A stretch of DNA of 64,000 nt from Planctomycetota bacterium (GCA_965228735.1 OZ245838.1:6400001-6464000); one strand, 5' to 3'; shown: positions 20,555-30,578, counted from the first letter of the stretch. The notes: a model not told the origin generated them from the letters alone. Numbers and translations: made by a program.

Positions 20555-21567
20555 GGGCCGTCCTCCTTGGCTGCCTCGGTCCCGGGTTCCGGCGTGGGCG
20601 AGCCGGTGGCCGTCGCCTCGTCCGCGGCTTTGGCGTCGGTCAGCGCCGCGAGGTCGCGGACCGCGCGCGCGTGGGCCTCGGTGCCGGCGAACTCGGCCGC
20701 GCTGGCGTAGCCGAGGTGCAGGCGCTGGCCCGCCGGGTTGTCGACCCGGCGGTAGAACTCGGCGATGTAGTAGTGCCGTTCGGCGCGCCACGCGAGGACC
20801 CGGGCGAGGGCCGCGCGGGCCTCGTCGACGAACCGCGGGTTCTCGCGGCCGGCCGCGAGGAACTGCGTCAGCTCCCGGCTCGCGAGCTCCATCTGATCGA
20901 GGTCGTACTCGGGCCCCTGCAGGCCCTCCACCATGCTCATCGCGAAGCGGAACGGCGCGTAGGACTTGCCCCACTCGCTGTCGGGGAAGCGCCGCATCAG
21001 GTCGCGATAGCGTTCTTGCGCGAGCAGGTAGTCCTGGTCGTCGAACGCCATGTCTCCGAGCACGCGCAGCGCGTCCGGAACCCGCGGGTTGTCGGGATGC
21101 CGGGTGATGAGGTGCTGCAGCGCCGAGCGCGCGCCGTCGGCCTCCGAGTAGAAGAACAGGAACGAGCGGTTGCTCTGGTGCAGGGTGTCGCCGATCCGCC
21201 ACACGAGCTCGCCGATCTGCATGCGGCGCTCGCTGTGCGGGAAGCGGTCCGGGAACTTCTCCGCGACCTCGAACGCGTCCCACACCTCGCCCGAGTTGAA
21301 CTCCGCGAACGCGAGGGCGAACTGGTGGCGCTCGGCGAGGCGGAACGCGAGCTCGCCGGGTTCGAGGCTCTCGAGGAGCTCCAGCGCGCCCGCGGGGTCG
21401 TTCTGCTGCAGCCGCTCTTCGGCCGCGGTGATCACGGCCTCGGGATCGGGCACCGTCGCGGGCGCGCCGGCGCACGCCGCCAGCAGCAGAGCCGTGAGCA
21501 CGTCGGCGCATCGACGGGCCGCGATCGGTCGGGTTCCGGCTCGAGATCGGGGCGCGGCGCGCTGCAT
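20551..21567 (-). CDS. bamD: outer-membrane protein assembly lipoprotein BamD-like (TPR)
   Basis: Lipobox LLAAC, TPR units (FPHS, HPDNP, FPDS), GPEYD and IAEFYRR. Located between recO and lptE. Start is uncertain. Confidence 0.8.
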   Translation of the reverse strand: MQRAAPRSRAGTRPIAARRCADVLTALLLAACAGAPATVPDPEAVITAAEERLQQNDPAGALELLESLEPGELAFRLAERHQFALAFAEFNSGEVWDAFEVAEKFPDRFPHSERRMQIGELVWRIGDTLHQSNRSFLFFYSEADGARSALQHLITRHPDNPRVPDALRVLGDMAFDDQDYLLAQERYRDLMRRFPDSEWGKSYAPFRFAMSMVEGLQGPEYDLDQMELASRELTQFLAAGRENPRFVDEARAALARVLAWRAERHYYIAEFYRRVDNPAGQRLHLGYASAAEFAGTEAHARAVRDLAALTDAKAADEATATGSPTPEPGTEAAKEDGP

Positions 21568-21600
21568 CGCGACCGATGTTCGGCCCGGCGGCGGCACCGG

Positions 21601-22341
21601 TCAAGCGAAGACCAGGCGGCGCCAGCGCGGGCGCAGCTCGGTCGCGGTGGCGAGCCATGCGCCGGGCAGGCTGCGGGCCAGGGGCATCGCCACGTCATCG
21701 AATCGGGAATCGGGTCGCGGCCAGTCGCGGCCCGGCGCGTCGCGCAGGAAACGCAGCAGCTGCAGCACGGCGGGTGCCATCACGTGGCGCGGCGGCCGAC
21801 CGTGGTCGCCGCAGAAGAACGCGAGCGAGTCCTCGACGCGGTAGGCGCGATCGCCGAGCGGCGCGCCGCACTCGGCGCAGTGGTCGAGGTCGGGCAGCGC
21901 GCCGAGGTGCGCGAGGAACCGCAGCTCGAGTCCGAGCACGACCCGCGGCAGTCGCGTCGGCGGACAGCGCTCGAGCAGCGTGAGGCCGCCGGCGAGCAGG
22001 TCGTAGGCCGCCGGTTCCGGGCGCTGGTCCGGCATCGTGAACTCGCTGAGCTGCGCCAGGTGACACGCGGCGACGAAGCGCTCCGGCGACCGCAGCGCGC
22101 GCCGTTCGCGCAGGAGCTCGGCGCGGACGAGCAGCCGCAGGCCGCCGCGATCGGCGGAGAACGTCGCGCGTACTTCGTTGAGGAAGTCGATGCGACCGAG
22201 GAACGGCGAGTCGGGCCGGTGGGCGCCCTTGGCGAGTCCGGCGATGCGCCCGTGCTCGCGCGTCACGACGGTCACGATGCGGCTCGACTCGCGGAAGTCG
22301 GAGCGCCGCAGGATCGTGGCGGTCGTCGTGAGCTGCGGCAT
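21601..22341 (-). CDS. recO: DNA repair protein RecO
   Basis: ILRRSDFRESSRIVTVVTREHGRIAGLAKGA and zinc-binding CAECG...C..H. Confidence 0.93.
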   Translation of the reverse strand: MPQLTTTATILRRSDFRESSRIVTVVTREHGRIAGLAKGAHRPDSPFLGRIDFLNEVRATFSADRGGLRLLVRAELLRERRALRSPERFVAACHLAQLSEFTMPDQRPEPAAYDLLAGGLTLLERCPPTRLPRVVLGLELRFLAHLGALPDLDHCAECGAPLGDRAYRVEDSLAFFCGDHGRPPRHVMAPAVLQLLRFLRDAPGRDWPRPDSRFDDVAMPLARSLPGAWLATATELRPRWRRLVFA

Positions 22342-22449
22342 TGGCCTGGCGGCGATCGGTTTCGGTCGTGGAGCGCCGACGTCCGCGCTACGCTACCCGC
22401 ACCCGGCCGGTGGTGGCACTGCATTCGTCGCCGCCGCCGCCCTGGTGAG

Positions 22450-24465
22450 ATGCGCATGTGGGAGTGGTTGTGGCTGTTGTTCTCCTCGGAAGGGTTCGTC
22501 GCCCGGTGGGACTGCGGGGTCTGGCCCGCCTGGCTCGGCTGGCTGCACATCGTCGCTGACCTGCTGACGTTCCTCGCCTACGTCGCGATCCCGGTGGTCC
22601 TCCTCCGGGTGTTCTTCGTGAACCGCGAGCTGCCCGTCCCGCGGCTCTTTGCGCTGTTCGCGGCGTTCATCTTCGCATGCGGCGCCGTGCACCTCGTCGA
22701 GGCCGTGATGTTCTGGGTGCCGGTGTATCGCCTCTCCGGCGCGCTGAAGGCGGTCATGGCCGTCGCCTCGGTCGCGACGGTGATCGTGGCTGCGCCGGCC
22801 GCTCGCTGGGCGTTGCGGAAGCCGGCCACGTTCGCGGCCACCTCGCGGCTCGCGGCGATCCTGTCGGCGACGACGGACGCGGTGATCGCCATGGATCTCA
22901 GTGGGCGGATCACGAGCTGGAATCGCGGGGCCGAGACCATGTACGGATACGGCGCGGACGAGATGATCGGCGAGTCGATCGAGCGCATCGTGCCGGCCGA
23001 TCGGCTGGCGCAGCTCGACGCGACGACCGAGCGCGTGCGGCGCGGCGAGCGCATCGAAGCGATCGAGACCGAACGGCTGACGAAGTCCGGCGAGCGGCGG
23101 CCCGTGTCGCTCAGCATCACGCCGATCTACGGCCGCCGGGACCGGATGATCGGGATGGCCGGCATCTCGCGCGACATCTCGGCGCAGCACGCCCACGAGC
23201 GCAAGCTCGAAGAGGCCGCGCGGCGGCTCGAACGCGCGAATCGCCGGCTCCGCAAGCTCGCCGACAGCGACGCGTTGACCGGGCTGCGCAATCGGCGCGG
23301 CATCGAGCGCGCGCTCGCGGTGGAGGTCGAACGCATGCGACGGCATGGCTCGCGCGCGGCCGCCGTCCTCGTCGACTGCGACGACTTCAAGTCCGTCAAC
23401 GAGCGCTTCGGCCACGACGGCGGCGACGAGGTCTTGCGCGAGATCGGCAACCGTATCGAAGATCAGGTGCGCGACTCGGACGTCGTCGGGCGGCTCGGCG
23501 GCGACGAGTTCCTGGTTCTCGCGACCGACCTGCGGCCGGGCGAGGCGACGCTGCTCGCGCACCGGATCCGGCAGGCGATCGCGGACCGGCCAGTCACGAC
23601 CTCGTACGGGCCGGTCGCCGTCGCCGTCAGCTGCGGGGTCGAGAGCATCGACCCGCAGAACCCGGACCTCGAGGGGCTCGTCGGGCGAACGAGCGCGGGG
23701 CTCAAGGTCGCCAAGCGGGCGGGCAAGGACACGGTGGCGACGGCCGACACCGCGGCGGTCGCGCTGCCGGGGCCGAGCGATCTGCGCGCCCTCGCGCAGG
23801 CCATCGTCAACGTCGCCAACGGCGAGGTGCGCGGCTACGAGTTCCTCGTTCGCGGACCGCGCGGGCCGCTCGAGTCGCCCGAGCGGCTGTTCCGCGCCCA
23901 CCGCGAGCGCGACTCGCTCACGGACATCGACCTCGCGTCCCTCGACCGTTGCCTCGCGACGGCCGCCGACGTGAAGGCGGGGATGCGGGTGCACGTCAAT
24001 CTGCTGCCGTCGACGCTCATCGAATCGGACGTCGACAAGCTCGGGGAGCAGATTGCCGCCGCCCGCGAGCCGCGCAACCTGTATCTCGAGATCAACGAGG
24101 CGATGCTCGTCGGCGATCCGGCCGCGCTCGCGCCGAGCAGCCGTGAACTGCGACGTCGAACGGGGTGTCGCCTCGCGATCGACGACGTCGGCTACGGCCG
24201 CAGTTCGCTCGAGGCGCTGCTCGTGCTCGAGCCCGACGTCGTGAAGATCGACCGCCGGTTCGTGCACGGGATCGCCACGGATGCCCGGTTGCGCCGGCAG
24301 TTCGCGCGACTCGTGCGCATCGGCCGGGCGATCGGCGCCGAGATCATCGCGGAAGGCGTCGAGCGCGAGGCCGATCGTCGCGTGCTCCTGGAACACGGCG
24401 TCGAACTGGCCCAGGGCTACCTCTGGGGGCGCCCGTCCGAACTCGCGCCGGCCGCACCGTCGTAG
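22450..24465 (+). CDS. ethylene-receptor-like membrane domain + PAS + GGDEF + EAL protein
   Basis: ADLLTFLAYVAIP / FIFACGAVH / KAVMAVAS (ETR1-type TM1-3), PAS (SWNRGAETMYGY), GGDEF (RDSD..RLGGDEF) and EAL (EFLVR, DDVGYG, KIDR, AEGVE, QGY). Confidence 0.88.
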   Translation: MRMWEWLWLLFSSEGFVARWDCGVWPAWLGWLHIVADLLTFLAYVAIPVVLLRVFFVNRELPVPRLFALFAAFIFACGAVHLVEAVMFWVPVYRLSGALKAVMAVASVATVIVAAPAARWALRKPATFAATSRLAAILSATTDAVIAMDLSGRITSWNRGAETMYGYGADEMIGESIERIVPADRLAQLDATTERVRRGERIEAIETERLTKSGERRPVSLSITPIYGRRDRMIGMAGISRDISAQHAHERKLEEAARRLERANRRLRKLADSDALTGLRNRRGIERALAVEVERMRRHGSRAAAVLVDCDDFKSVNERFGHDGGDEVLREIGNRIEDQVRDSDVVGRLGGDEFLVLATDLRPGEATLLAHRIRQAIADRPVTTSYGPVAVAVSCGVESIDPQNPDLEGLVGRTSAGLKVAKRAGKDTVATADTAAVALPGPSDLRALAQAIVNVANGEVRGYEFLVRGPRGPLESPERLFRAHRERDSLTDIDLASLDRCLATAADVKAGMRVHVNLLPSTLIESDVDKLGEQIAAAREPRNLYLEINEAMLVGDPAALAPSSRELRRRTGCRLAIDDVGYGRSSLEALLVLEPDVVKIDRRFVHGIATDARLRRQFARLVRIGRAIGAEIIAEGVEREADRRVLLEHGVELAQGYLWGRPSELAPAAPS

Positions 24466-24486
24466 GTTCGCGCTCCCCGGCGCCGT

Positions 24487-26067
24487 TCAGAATGCCTTGG
24501 GTTGGACCTCGACGCCCTGCGTCGCATGCGCGTCCTGCAGGGTCAGACGCAGGCGCCGCAGGCGCCGTTCGTCGGCCGCGAGCACGACGATCTCGAGGCC
24601 GCCGATCGTGATCACCTCGTCGGGCTGCGGGATGCGGTTGCTGTGCGCGATCACGAGACCGGCGATCGTCTCCCAGTCGCCTTCCTCGGGGAGCTGGCTG
24701 CCGAGCACCTCGTTGACCTCGCGGATCGTCGAACGCGCCGGGAGCTCGACGACGCGGCCCGATTCGACCACGGTCACCGGGCCCTGGTCGCTCTCCTCCT
24801 GGCCGGGCTCGTCGTCGTACTCGTCCGCGATGTCGCCGACGATCTGCTCGAGCACGTCCTCGACGCTCACGATGCCGGCCGTCGTGCCGTACTCGTCGAG
24901 CACGATCGCCATGTGCTGGTTGCCGGCCTGGAAGCGCCGCAGCAGCAGGGCCGCGCCCATCGATTCCGGCACGAAGAGGGTGTCCCGCAGCATCGTCGCG
25001 ACGCGCTGGTCACCAGCCGCATCGTCGTCCTCGACGAGCTTCAGGGCGTCCTTCACGTAGAAGATGCCGACGATGTCGTCGACGCGTTCGCGATAGACCG
25101 GGTAGCGCGAGAAGCCTTGTTCGAGCGCGGCGCGCACGACCTCGCGCACCGGCGTCGACTCCTCGAACGCGACGATGTCCGGGCGCTGCGTCATGATCGT
25201 CGAGATCTGCAGATCCTTGAGCGCGACGATGTTGCCGATCCAGGTGCGTTCTTCGCCTTCGAGCGTGTCCTCGGTCGAGTCCGCGACGGCCGCCATGACC
25301 TGCTTCTGGACCTCGGCCTTGTCGCTCGGCGCGCTCTGCCGGATACGCAGCGCGTGCAGGCAGAGCCTGGTCAGCAGCAGGAGCGGCAGCACGAGCGGCC
25401 AGCGCAGCACGAACCAGCCGGTGCGCACGGCCGGGTGCACGAGCAGCAGTGTGCGCTCGGCCCGGAACTTGGTGATCGCGACCGGCAGACTGCCGGCGAC
25501 GAGCAGCATCAGCGCGCCGAACGCGATGAGCGCGGTGAAGTAGAACTCCTCCGCGACCGCGAGCCGCAGCGCCCACAGGCCGATGATCCAGCCCGCGACC
25601 GTGTAGACGAACGCGACCGCGAGATACTCGGTGTCACGGCTGGCGATCTCGCGATGCAGTCGACTGGCGTCGTCGTCGCCGTCCTCTTCGAGTTCGGCCG
25701 CGAGCAGCGTGCGCGAGTAGCCGAGCAGGCTGGCGACGGCCATCGCGCCGAGCGCAGCGAGGAGCGTCGCCGCGAGCGTGACCGCGACGAACGCGAACGA
25801 CAGCGGCCCGTCTTCGGGTGGCGCAGCGAACTCGCGCACCGCGCCCGCGGTGCCGGCGAGGACGTCGGGGCTCAGCCCGGCGACGGTCACGGCCACGATT
25901 GCCGCGGCCGCGCACCTGTAGGGATCGAACCCGCGAGGATCGAACGCGAGGGTGTGGGGATCGGGGCCGCGAGGGTCGGGATCCGGTTCGTCGGATTCGG
26001 CGAGTGCCGGCTCCGGGGGGCTGTCCGATCGGTCGGGCGTGGGCAATGTGCGCTGGATCATAGCCAA
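24487..26067 (-). CDS. hemolysin/CorC family protein (CNNM + CBS pair + CorC_HlyC)
   Basis: TM region, IMTQRPDIV, FSRYPVY, HMAIVLDEYG, EDVLEQIVGDIADEYD and ETIAGLV. Start is uncertain. Confidence 0.88.
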   Translation of the reverse strand: MAMIQRTLPTPDRSDSPPEPALAESDEPDPDPRGPDPHTLAFDPRGFDPYRCAAAAIVAVTVAGLSPDVLAGTAGAVREFAAPPEDGPLSFAFVAVTLAATLLAALGAMAVASLLGYSRTLLAAELEEDGDDDASRLHREIASRDTEYLAVAFVYTVAGWIIGLWALRLAVAEEFYFTALIAFGALMLLVAGSLPVAITKFRAERTLLLVHPAVRTGWFVLRWPLVLPLLLLTRLCLHALRIRQSAPSDKAEVQKQVMAAVADSTEDTLEGEERTWIGNIVALKDLQISTIMTQRPDIVAFEESTPVREVVRAALEQGFSRYPVYRERVDDIVGIFYVKDALKLVEDDDAAGDQRVATMLRDTLFVPESMGAALLLRRFQAGNQHMAIVLDEYGTTAGIVSVEDVLEQIVGDIADEYDDEPGQEESDQGPVTVVESGRVVELPARSTIREVNEVLGSQLPEEGDWETIAGLVIAHSNRIPQPDEVITIGGLEIVVLAADERRLRRLRLTLQDAHATQGVEVQPKAF

Positions 26068-26116
26068 CGGGGTGGGGCCGGTGCAGCTTTCCTCGCGTTC
26101 GGTCCGCGGATCGGGC

Positions 26117-28090
26117 TCAGTCCTTTGCCGGCCCCGGCGTCGGTCCCTGGCTCGGGCCGGGATCCTCGCTCGGCGTCGCCGCGACGGGCTCGACGTCGTC
26201 CGCCTCGGTCGGGTCCGCCGAGAACCGGTTGCGGCCGCGGTCCTTGCTCGCGTACAGCGCCTGGTCGGCGCGGTGCAGGATCGTCTCCCAGGTGTCGCCG
26301 TAGCGGCTGGTGGCGAGCCCGATCGACACGGTCAATGGCAGGCCGATCTCCCGGCCGCGGTTCTCGATGGCGGTGTGCAGGCGGGCGGCGAGCACGCTGG
26401 CTTCTGCCGTCGACGTCTCGGGCAGCATCACGAGGAACTCCTCGCCGCCGTAGCGACTCACGGAATCCGATCGCCGGACCGTGTGGCGCAGCACATCGGC
26501 CGTGACGCGCAGCGCGTGGTCGCCCTGCAGGTGGCCGTAGGAGTCGTTGAGCTGCTTGAAGTAGTCGAGGTCGCAGAGCAGCAGCGTGAGAGCGGTGCCC
26601 GTGCGCGCCGACCGCGCCATCTCCTGATCGAGGTAGTGCAGCCCCATCGTGCGGTTGAGCAGGCGCGTCAGACCGTCGGTCGACGCGAACTTCTGCGCCC
26701 GTTCCGCGCGCTTGCGCAGCAGCAGGTTCTCGATCAGCAGCGTGCCGGTGAGGCCGATCGTCGTCGCCAGGCGCACATCGATGATCGGGCGGATCGGCTC
26801 GTGGGTGAGCGAGCGGTCCAGCACGAGAACGGCCGGCGACTCGAACTCGGAGTTGAGCGGCACGACGAGCGCCTCGTCGGTCCCGAGGCGATCGAGCAGG
26901 CCGGCGCGCGGACCGCTGTCGTCGCCTTCGGCGCCGTCGCCACTCGCGGCCTCGAGGCGTTGCGGGCGGGTGCTGTCGAGCGCGAGCCGGAGCAGCGCGG
27001 CCTCGGCTTCGGTCGGCGTCACGACGGTCGCGGCGAGCGGGCGCGCGGAGAGATCGAACTTGGCGCGCAGGATGAGCTTGCCGCGGCGGCGGCACCACTT
27101 CGCGAGCACCGCGCGATCGTAGCCGCCGTGGCGTACGGCAGCCGCTACCAGCGCCGTCACGATGCCGCGGTACGACCGCGAACCCGAGCAGCTCAGCAAC
27201 GTGAGGGTCAGCTCGTCGGCCGAGATGTGCGGCGCGCTCTGATCGTCGTCACCGAGGGTGCCGGTGTCGCGCACGAACATGCCGGCCGTGCCGAGGTCTG
27301 GCTGCGAGAAGTCCAGACCGACGGCTTCGAGGTGAGTGGTCACGGCGGTGCGCGTGGCCGCGATCCGCTCGCGTTCCTCGGCCGACGGTGGTGTGGCGTC
27401 GTCCGCGGGGGCGCCGAAGCCGGCGAGCAGTGCGATCCGTTCGGCGCGATGCAGCAGCTCGGCGGTGGCGCTGTCGGCCTGGTCCCGGGTGTCGGCCTGG
27501 GCGGCGGCCGGCGCGGCGGCCCGGGCGGCGTCCTGCACGGCGGCCGGCAGGTGCCAGGTCAGCAGTTCGGCGATCGCCGAATGCGCGTCGAGCGGGTTGC
27601 CGTCGTGCATGCGCGCCAACCGGTCGAGCCATTGCCCGCTGCGATAGAGCAGTCCGAGGAGGTAGAGCGCCTCGGGGTCGAACGCGCGATCGTCCTCGCC
27701 GCGTTCGGCCGCGAGCAGCTGTGCTGCGTGCGCAGTGCCGATCGACTGCATCCACAGCTGCCGGATCCCCGTCGTGCCGCTGAGGCCCCGCTCGGCGGTC
27801 GCGATCAGACGGGTGCCCGCGTGCTGCCCGAGTGCTCCGACGATCCGCGCGATGGTCCACGGCTCGGGGCTATCGCCGTAGACCGGCGCACTGACGGCGC
27901 GCAGGCCGCGCAGCACGGCCGGCGGGTCGAGCGCGAGCAGGTCGCGGATCTGCGTCTCCGCGAGCCGGTCCGCGCCGACGCGGCGCCGCACGCGGCGTCG
28001 CAGATCGCAGATCGCGAGGATCGACGGCATCGTCGCGAGCAGCGCGGCGCCACGGATCGGGCTGGCGGGAGTTGGCGTGGGAGAGGACAC
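26117..28090 (-). CDS. HDOD-like + GAF-like + GGDEF diguanylate cyclase
   Basis: HDOD-like segment (LDPPAVLRGL..., LWMQSIGTA, LLGLL..SG, WHLP), then DGLTRLLNR, DLDYFKQLNDSYGH and RRSD..RYGGEEF. Start lies between 28030 and 28132. Confidence 0.85.
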   Translation of the reverse strand: MSSPTPTPASPIRGAALLATMPSILAICDLRRRVRRRVGADRLAETQIRDLLALDPPAVLRGLRAVSAPVYGDSPEPWTIARIVGALGQHAGTRLIATAERGLSGTTGIRQLWMQSIGTAHAAQLLAAERGEDDRAFDPEALYLLGLLYRSGQWLDRLARMHDGNPLDAHSAIAELLTWHLPAAVQDAARAAAPAAAQADTRDQADSATAELLHRAERIALLAGFGAPADDATPPSAEERERIAATRTAVTTHLEAVGLDFSQPDLGTAGMFVRDTGTLGDDDQSAPHISADELTLTLLSCSGSRSYRGIVTALVAAAVRHGGYDRAVLAKWCRRRGKLILRAKFDLSARPLAATVVTPTEAEAALLRLALDSTRPQRLEAASGDGAEGDDSGPRAGLLDRLGTDEALVVPLNSEFESPAVLVLDRSLTHEPIRPIIDVRLATTIGLTGTLLIENLLLRKRAERAQKFASTDGLTRLLNRTMGLHYLDQEMARSARTGTALTLLLCDLDYFKQLNDSYGHLQGDHALRVTADVLRHTVRRSDSVSRYGGEEFLVMLPETSTAEASVLAARLHTAIENRGREIGLPLTVSIGLATSRYGDTWETILHRADQALYASKDRGRNRFSADPTEADDVEPVAATPSEDPGPSQGPTPGPAKD

Positions 28091-28303
28091 AGCGTGTATC
28101 CAATGTTCGGCTTCGCACGCTCCCTCGCTCAAGTCAGGCTCGGCAAGCCCGTGCCAAGGCCGGATCGGGGACCGTTCCGCGGTCCGCTGCCCAAATTTGA
28201 TGATCGTCTAAGTCTCCATCTGAAAGACCCTTGGGGCCTGTGTGGCGAAATCGCACGGGGTTTCTTGCCTGTTTGGCCCGGCGTTCGCTCCTGGTCGCGT
28301 GCC

Positions 28304-29104
28304 ATGACCTGCCCCCCCTCGCAGACGGCACCTTCGGCCCTCGCGTCCACGGAGTCGAACTTGTCCTCCCGCTCACCATCCGCGGTCGAGCGCGCTGCCG
28401 AAGTGCTCGCGCTCTACGACGACAGCACGGTGACCGCGCTCGCGCCGCCCACGGGCGAACGTGAGCAGGCCGCCGCGCACGCGACCGCGCTCATGGATCT
28501 CTATCGCCGTACCGGTTCGTCCGAGGCCTTCGAGTCGCTCGTGGCGGTCGCCGGTCCGGAGCTGTTCGCCCGCGTGCGTTCGCGCCTGCGCCGGCTCGGC
28601 GCCACGCTCGATCCGCATGAAGTCCTGCAGGATGCGATCGTCAACGTGTTCCGGTATCCGGATCGCTTCGTCGCATCGCGTTACAACGCGTTCGCGGCGT
28701 GGTCGGCGACGATCGTCGACAACGCGATCCGCCGGCAGTTGCGGCGCCGGCAGTCGGGACCGTCGATCGCGCTGAGTCCGACCGAGGTGCTCGCCCAGCA
28801 GGCCGACGCCCGCACGGCCGAGCCCGATCACGCCGCCGTCGAGCACGAAGAATCCAAGGCCACGGCCCGCGCGTTCAGCGTGCTGCTGGCGTGCTACCTC
28901 GCCGCGTTCGAGACGCTTTCCGATCGCGAGCGCTTCGTGCTGCAGATGGTCGAGGTCGAGCGCATGCGCTACGCGCAGCTCGGCGAGCTGATCGGCATCC
29001 GGGCCGAGACGATCAAGATGGTCGTGTTCCGCGCGCGCAAGCGCATCATGGAGCGCATGGCCGGGATGCTGGCGCCGCTCGCGCCGCTCTCCACCGCGGC
29101 GTAG
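28304..29104 (+). CDS. ECF-type RNA polymerase sigma factor
   Basis: Region 2 (EVLQDAIVNVF, FAAWSATIVDN) and region 4 (LSDRERFVL...RYAQLGELIGI...TIKMVVFRARKRI). Confidence 0.88.
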   Translation: MTCPPSQTAPSALASTESNLSSRSPSAVERAAEVLALYDDSTVTALAPPTGEREQAAAHATALMDLYRRTGSSEAFESLVAVAGPELFARVRSRLRRLGATLDPHEVLQDAIVNVFRYPDRFVASRYNAFAAWSATIVDNAIRRQLRRRQSGPSIALSPTEVLAQQADARTAEPDHAAVEHEESKATARAFSVLLACYLAAFETLSDRERFVLQMVEVERMRYAQLGELIGIRAETIKMVVFRARKRIMERMAGMLAPLAPLSTAA

Positions 29105-29191
29105 TCGCCGCGGTCCGGACCGAATCGCGGACTTCGGGCAAACGGTCGGCGCGGGCTTGCGTTCTCCACCGGTGCCCGCGACCGTGCTGGC

Positions 29192-30499
29192 ATGGAGCAG
29201 GTCGACCGACTGTTCGTCCACTGCAGCGAACTCGTGACCCTGACCGACGGCCCGGCGACCGGGCCACGGCGGGGCGATGCGATGCAGGCGCTCGGGGTCG
29301 TGCGCGACGCGGCGATCGCCGTGGCCGGCGGGCGGATCGTCGCCGTCGGGCCGACCGATCGGATCACGCAGGACTACGAAGCGCCCGAGGAGCTGGATCT
29401 CGGCGGTTTCGTCGTCATGCCGGGCTTCGTCGACTGCCACACGCACCCGGTGTTCGCGCGGACCCGCGAACGCGAGTTCCACATGCGCTGCGGCGGCGCG
29501 GACTACATGGCGATCGCGGCTGCGGGCGGCGGCATCCTGAGTTCGATGCAGGGCGTTCGCGAGGCCGACATCGACGCGCTCACCGAGCGCACGGCCGAGC
29601 ACCTCTGGGGTTTCCTCGCGCACGGTACGACGACCGTCGAGTGCAAGAGTGGCTACGGCCTGTCGCTCGATTCCGAACGCAAGAGCCTCGAAGCGCTCGC
29701 GGATGCGCTCGGCGACGTCCCGATCACCGCGCGGCGCACGTTCCTCGGGGCGCACGAGTTCCCACCCGAGTACCGCGAGAACCGCGACGAGTACGTGCGC
29801 ATCGTCTGCGAGGAGATGTTGCCGGCGCTCGCCGATCTCGCCGACTACTGCGACGTGTTCGCCGAGCCCGGGGTGTTCGATAGAGCGCAGACCGCGCGCG
29901 TGCTCCAGGCCGCGAAGCAGAACGGCCTGCAGCTGCGCGTGCACGCCGACGAGATCGAGCCGATGGGGGGCACCGAGATCGCGGTCGAACACGGCGCGGC
30001 GTCGGTGGACCACCTGGGCCGGATCTCCGACGCGGGGATCCGCGCGTTGGCAGCGAGCGACACGGTCGGCGTGTTGCTGCCCGGGACGATCTTCTTCCTC
30101 GGCAAGCCGCACTACGCGCCGGCTCGGCGGATGATCGAGGCCGGCTGTGCGGTCGCGCTCGCCACGGACTTCAATCCGGGCAGTTGCTACACGCAGTCGA
30201 TGACGCTGATTCACACGATCGCGTGCACGCAGATGCACATGAGCGCTGCCGAGGTGATCACCGCGTCGACGATCAACCCGGCGTTCTCGCTCGGGCTCGA
30301 CGGCGAGGTCGGGTCGCTGCACGCGGGCAAGCGCGCCGACTTCTGCGTGCTCGACCTGCCGAGCCATGAGGCCGTCGGGTATGCGTTCGGCGGCAATCCG
30401 GTCGTCATGACGGTCAAGGACGGCACGCCGGTGCACGCCAACATCGGCGAGCGTGGGCCGGATTGGTTCGCGGACGATCTCGACGAGATCGTCGACTGA
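29192..30499 (+). CDS. hutI: imidazolonepropionase
   Basis: PGFVDCHTH, GGGILS, GTTTVECKSGYGL, LGAH, HADE, SVDHL and ATDFNPGS. Confidence 0.95.
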   Translation: MEQVDRLFVHCSELVTLTDGPATGPRRGDAMQALGVVRDAAIAVAGGRIVAVGPTDRITQDYEAPEELDLGGFVVMPGFVDCHTHPVFARTREREFHMRCGGADYMAIAAAGGGILSSMQGVREADIDALTERTAEHLWGFLAHGTTTVECKSGYGLSLDSERKSLEALADALGDVPITARRTFLGAHEFPPEYRENRDEYVRIVCEEMLPALADLADYCDVFAEPGVFDRAQTARVLQAAKQNGLQLRVHADEIEPMGGTEIAVEHGAASVDHLGRISDAGIRALAASDTVGVLLPGTIFFLGKPHYAPARRMIEAGCAVALATDFNPGSCYTQSMTLIHTIACTQMHMSAAEVITASTINPAFSLGLDGEVGSLHAGKRADFCVLDLPSHEAVGYAFGGNPVVMTVKDGTPVHANIGERGPDWFADDLDEIVD

Positions 30500-30578
30500 A
30501 GCCGAGCGGGATCGGAATCGGTCGCGGCGCCAATGGCCGCGAGTGGCCCCGTCCGTGCCGTCGAGGTAGCGTGGCCGC

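Noticed and set aside
19846..22449. Apparent 868-aa N-terminal extension making a 1539-aa GGDEF/EAL protein
   Set aside because: It overlaps lptE, bamD and recO on the opposite strand and is Arg/Gly-rich noise. The real gene starts at 22450 or 22456.
25952..28303. Apparent giant (1050-aa) sigma factor
   Set aside because: The upstream part is antisense to the HDOD-GGDEF gene. The sigma factor starts near 28304.
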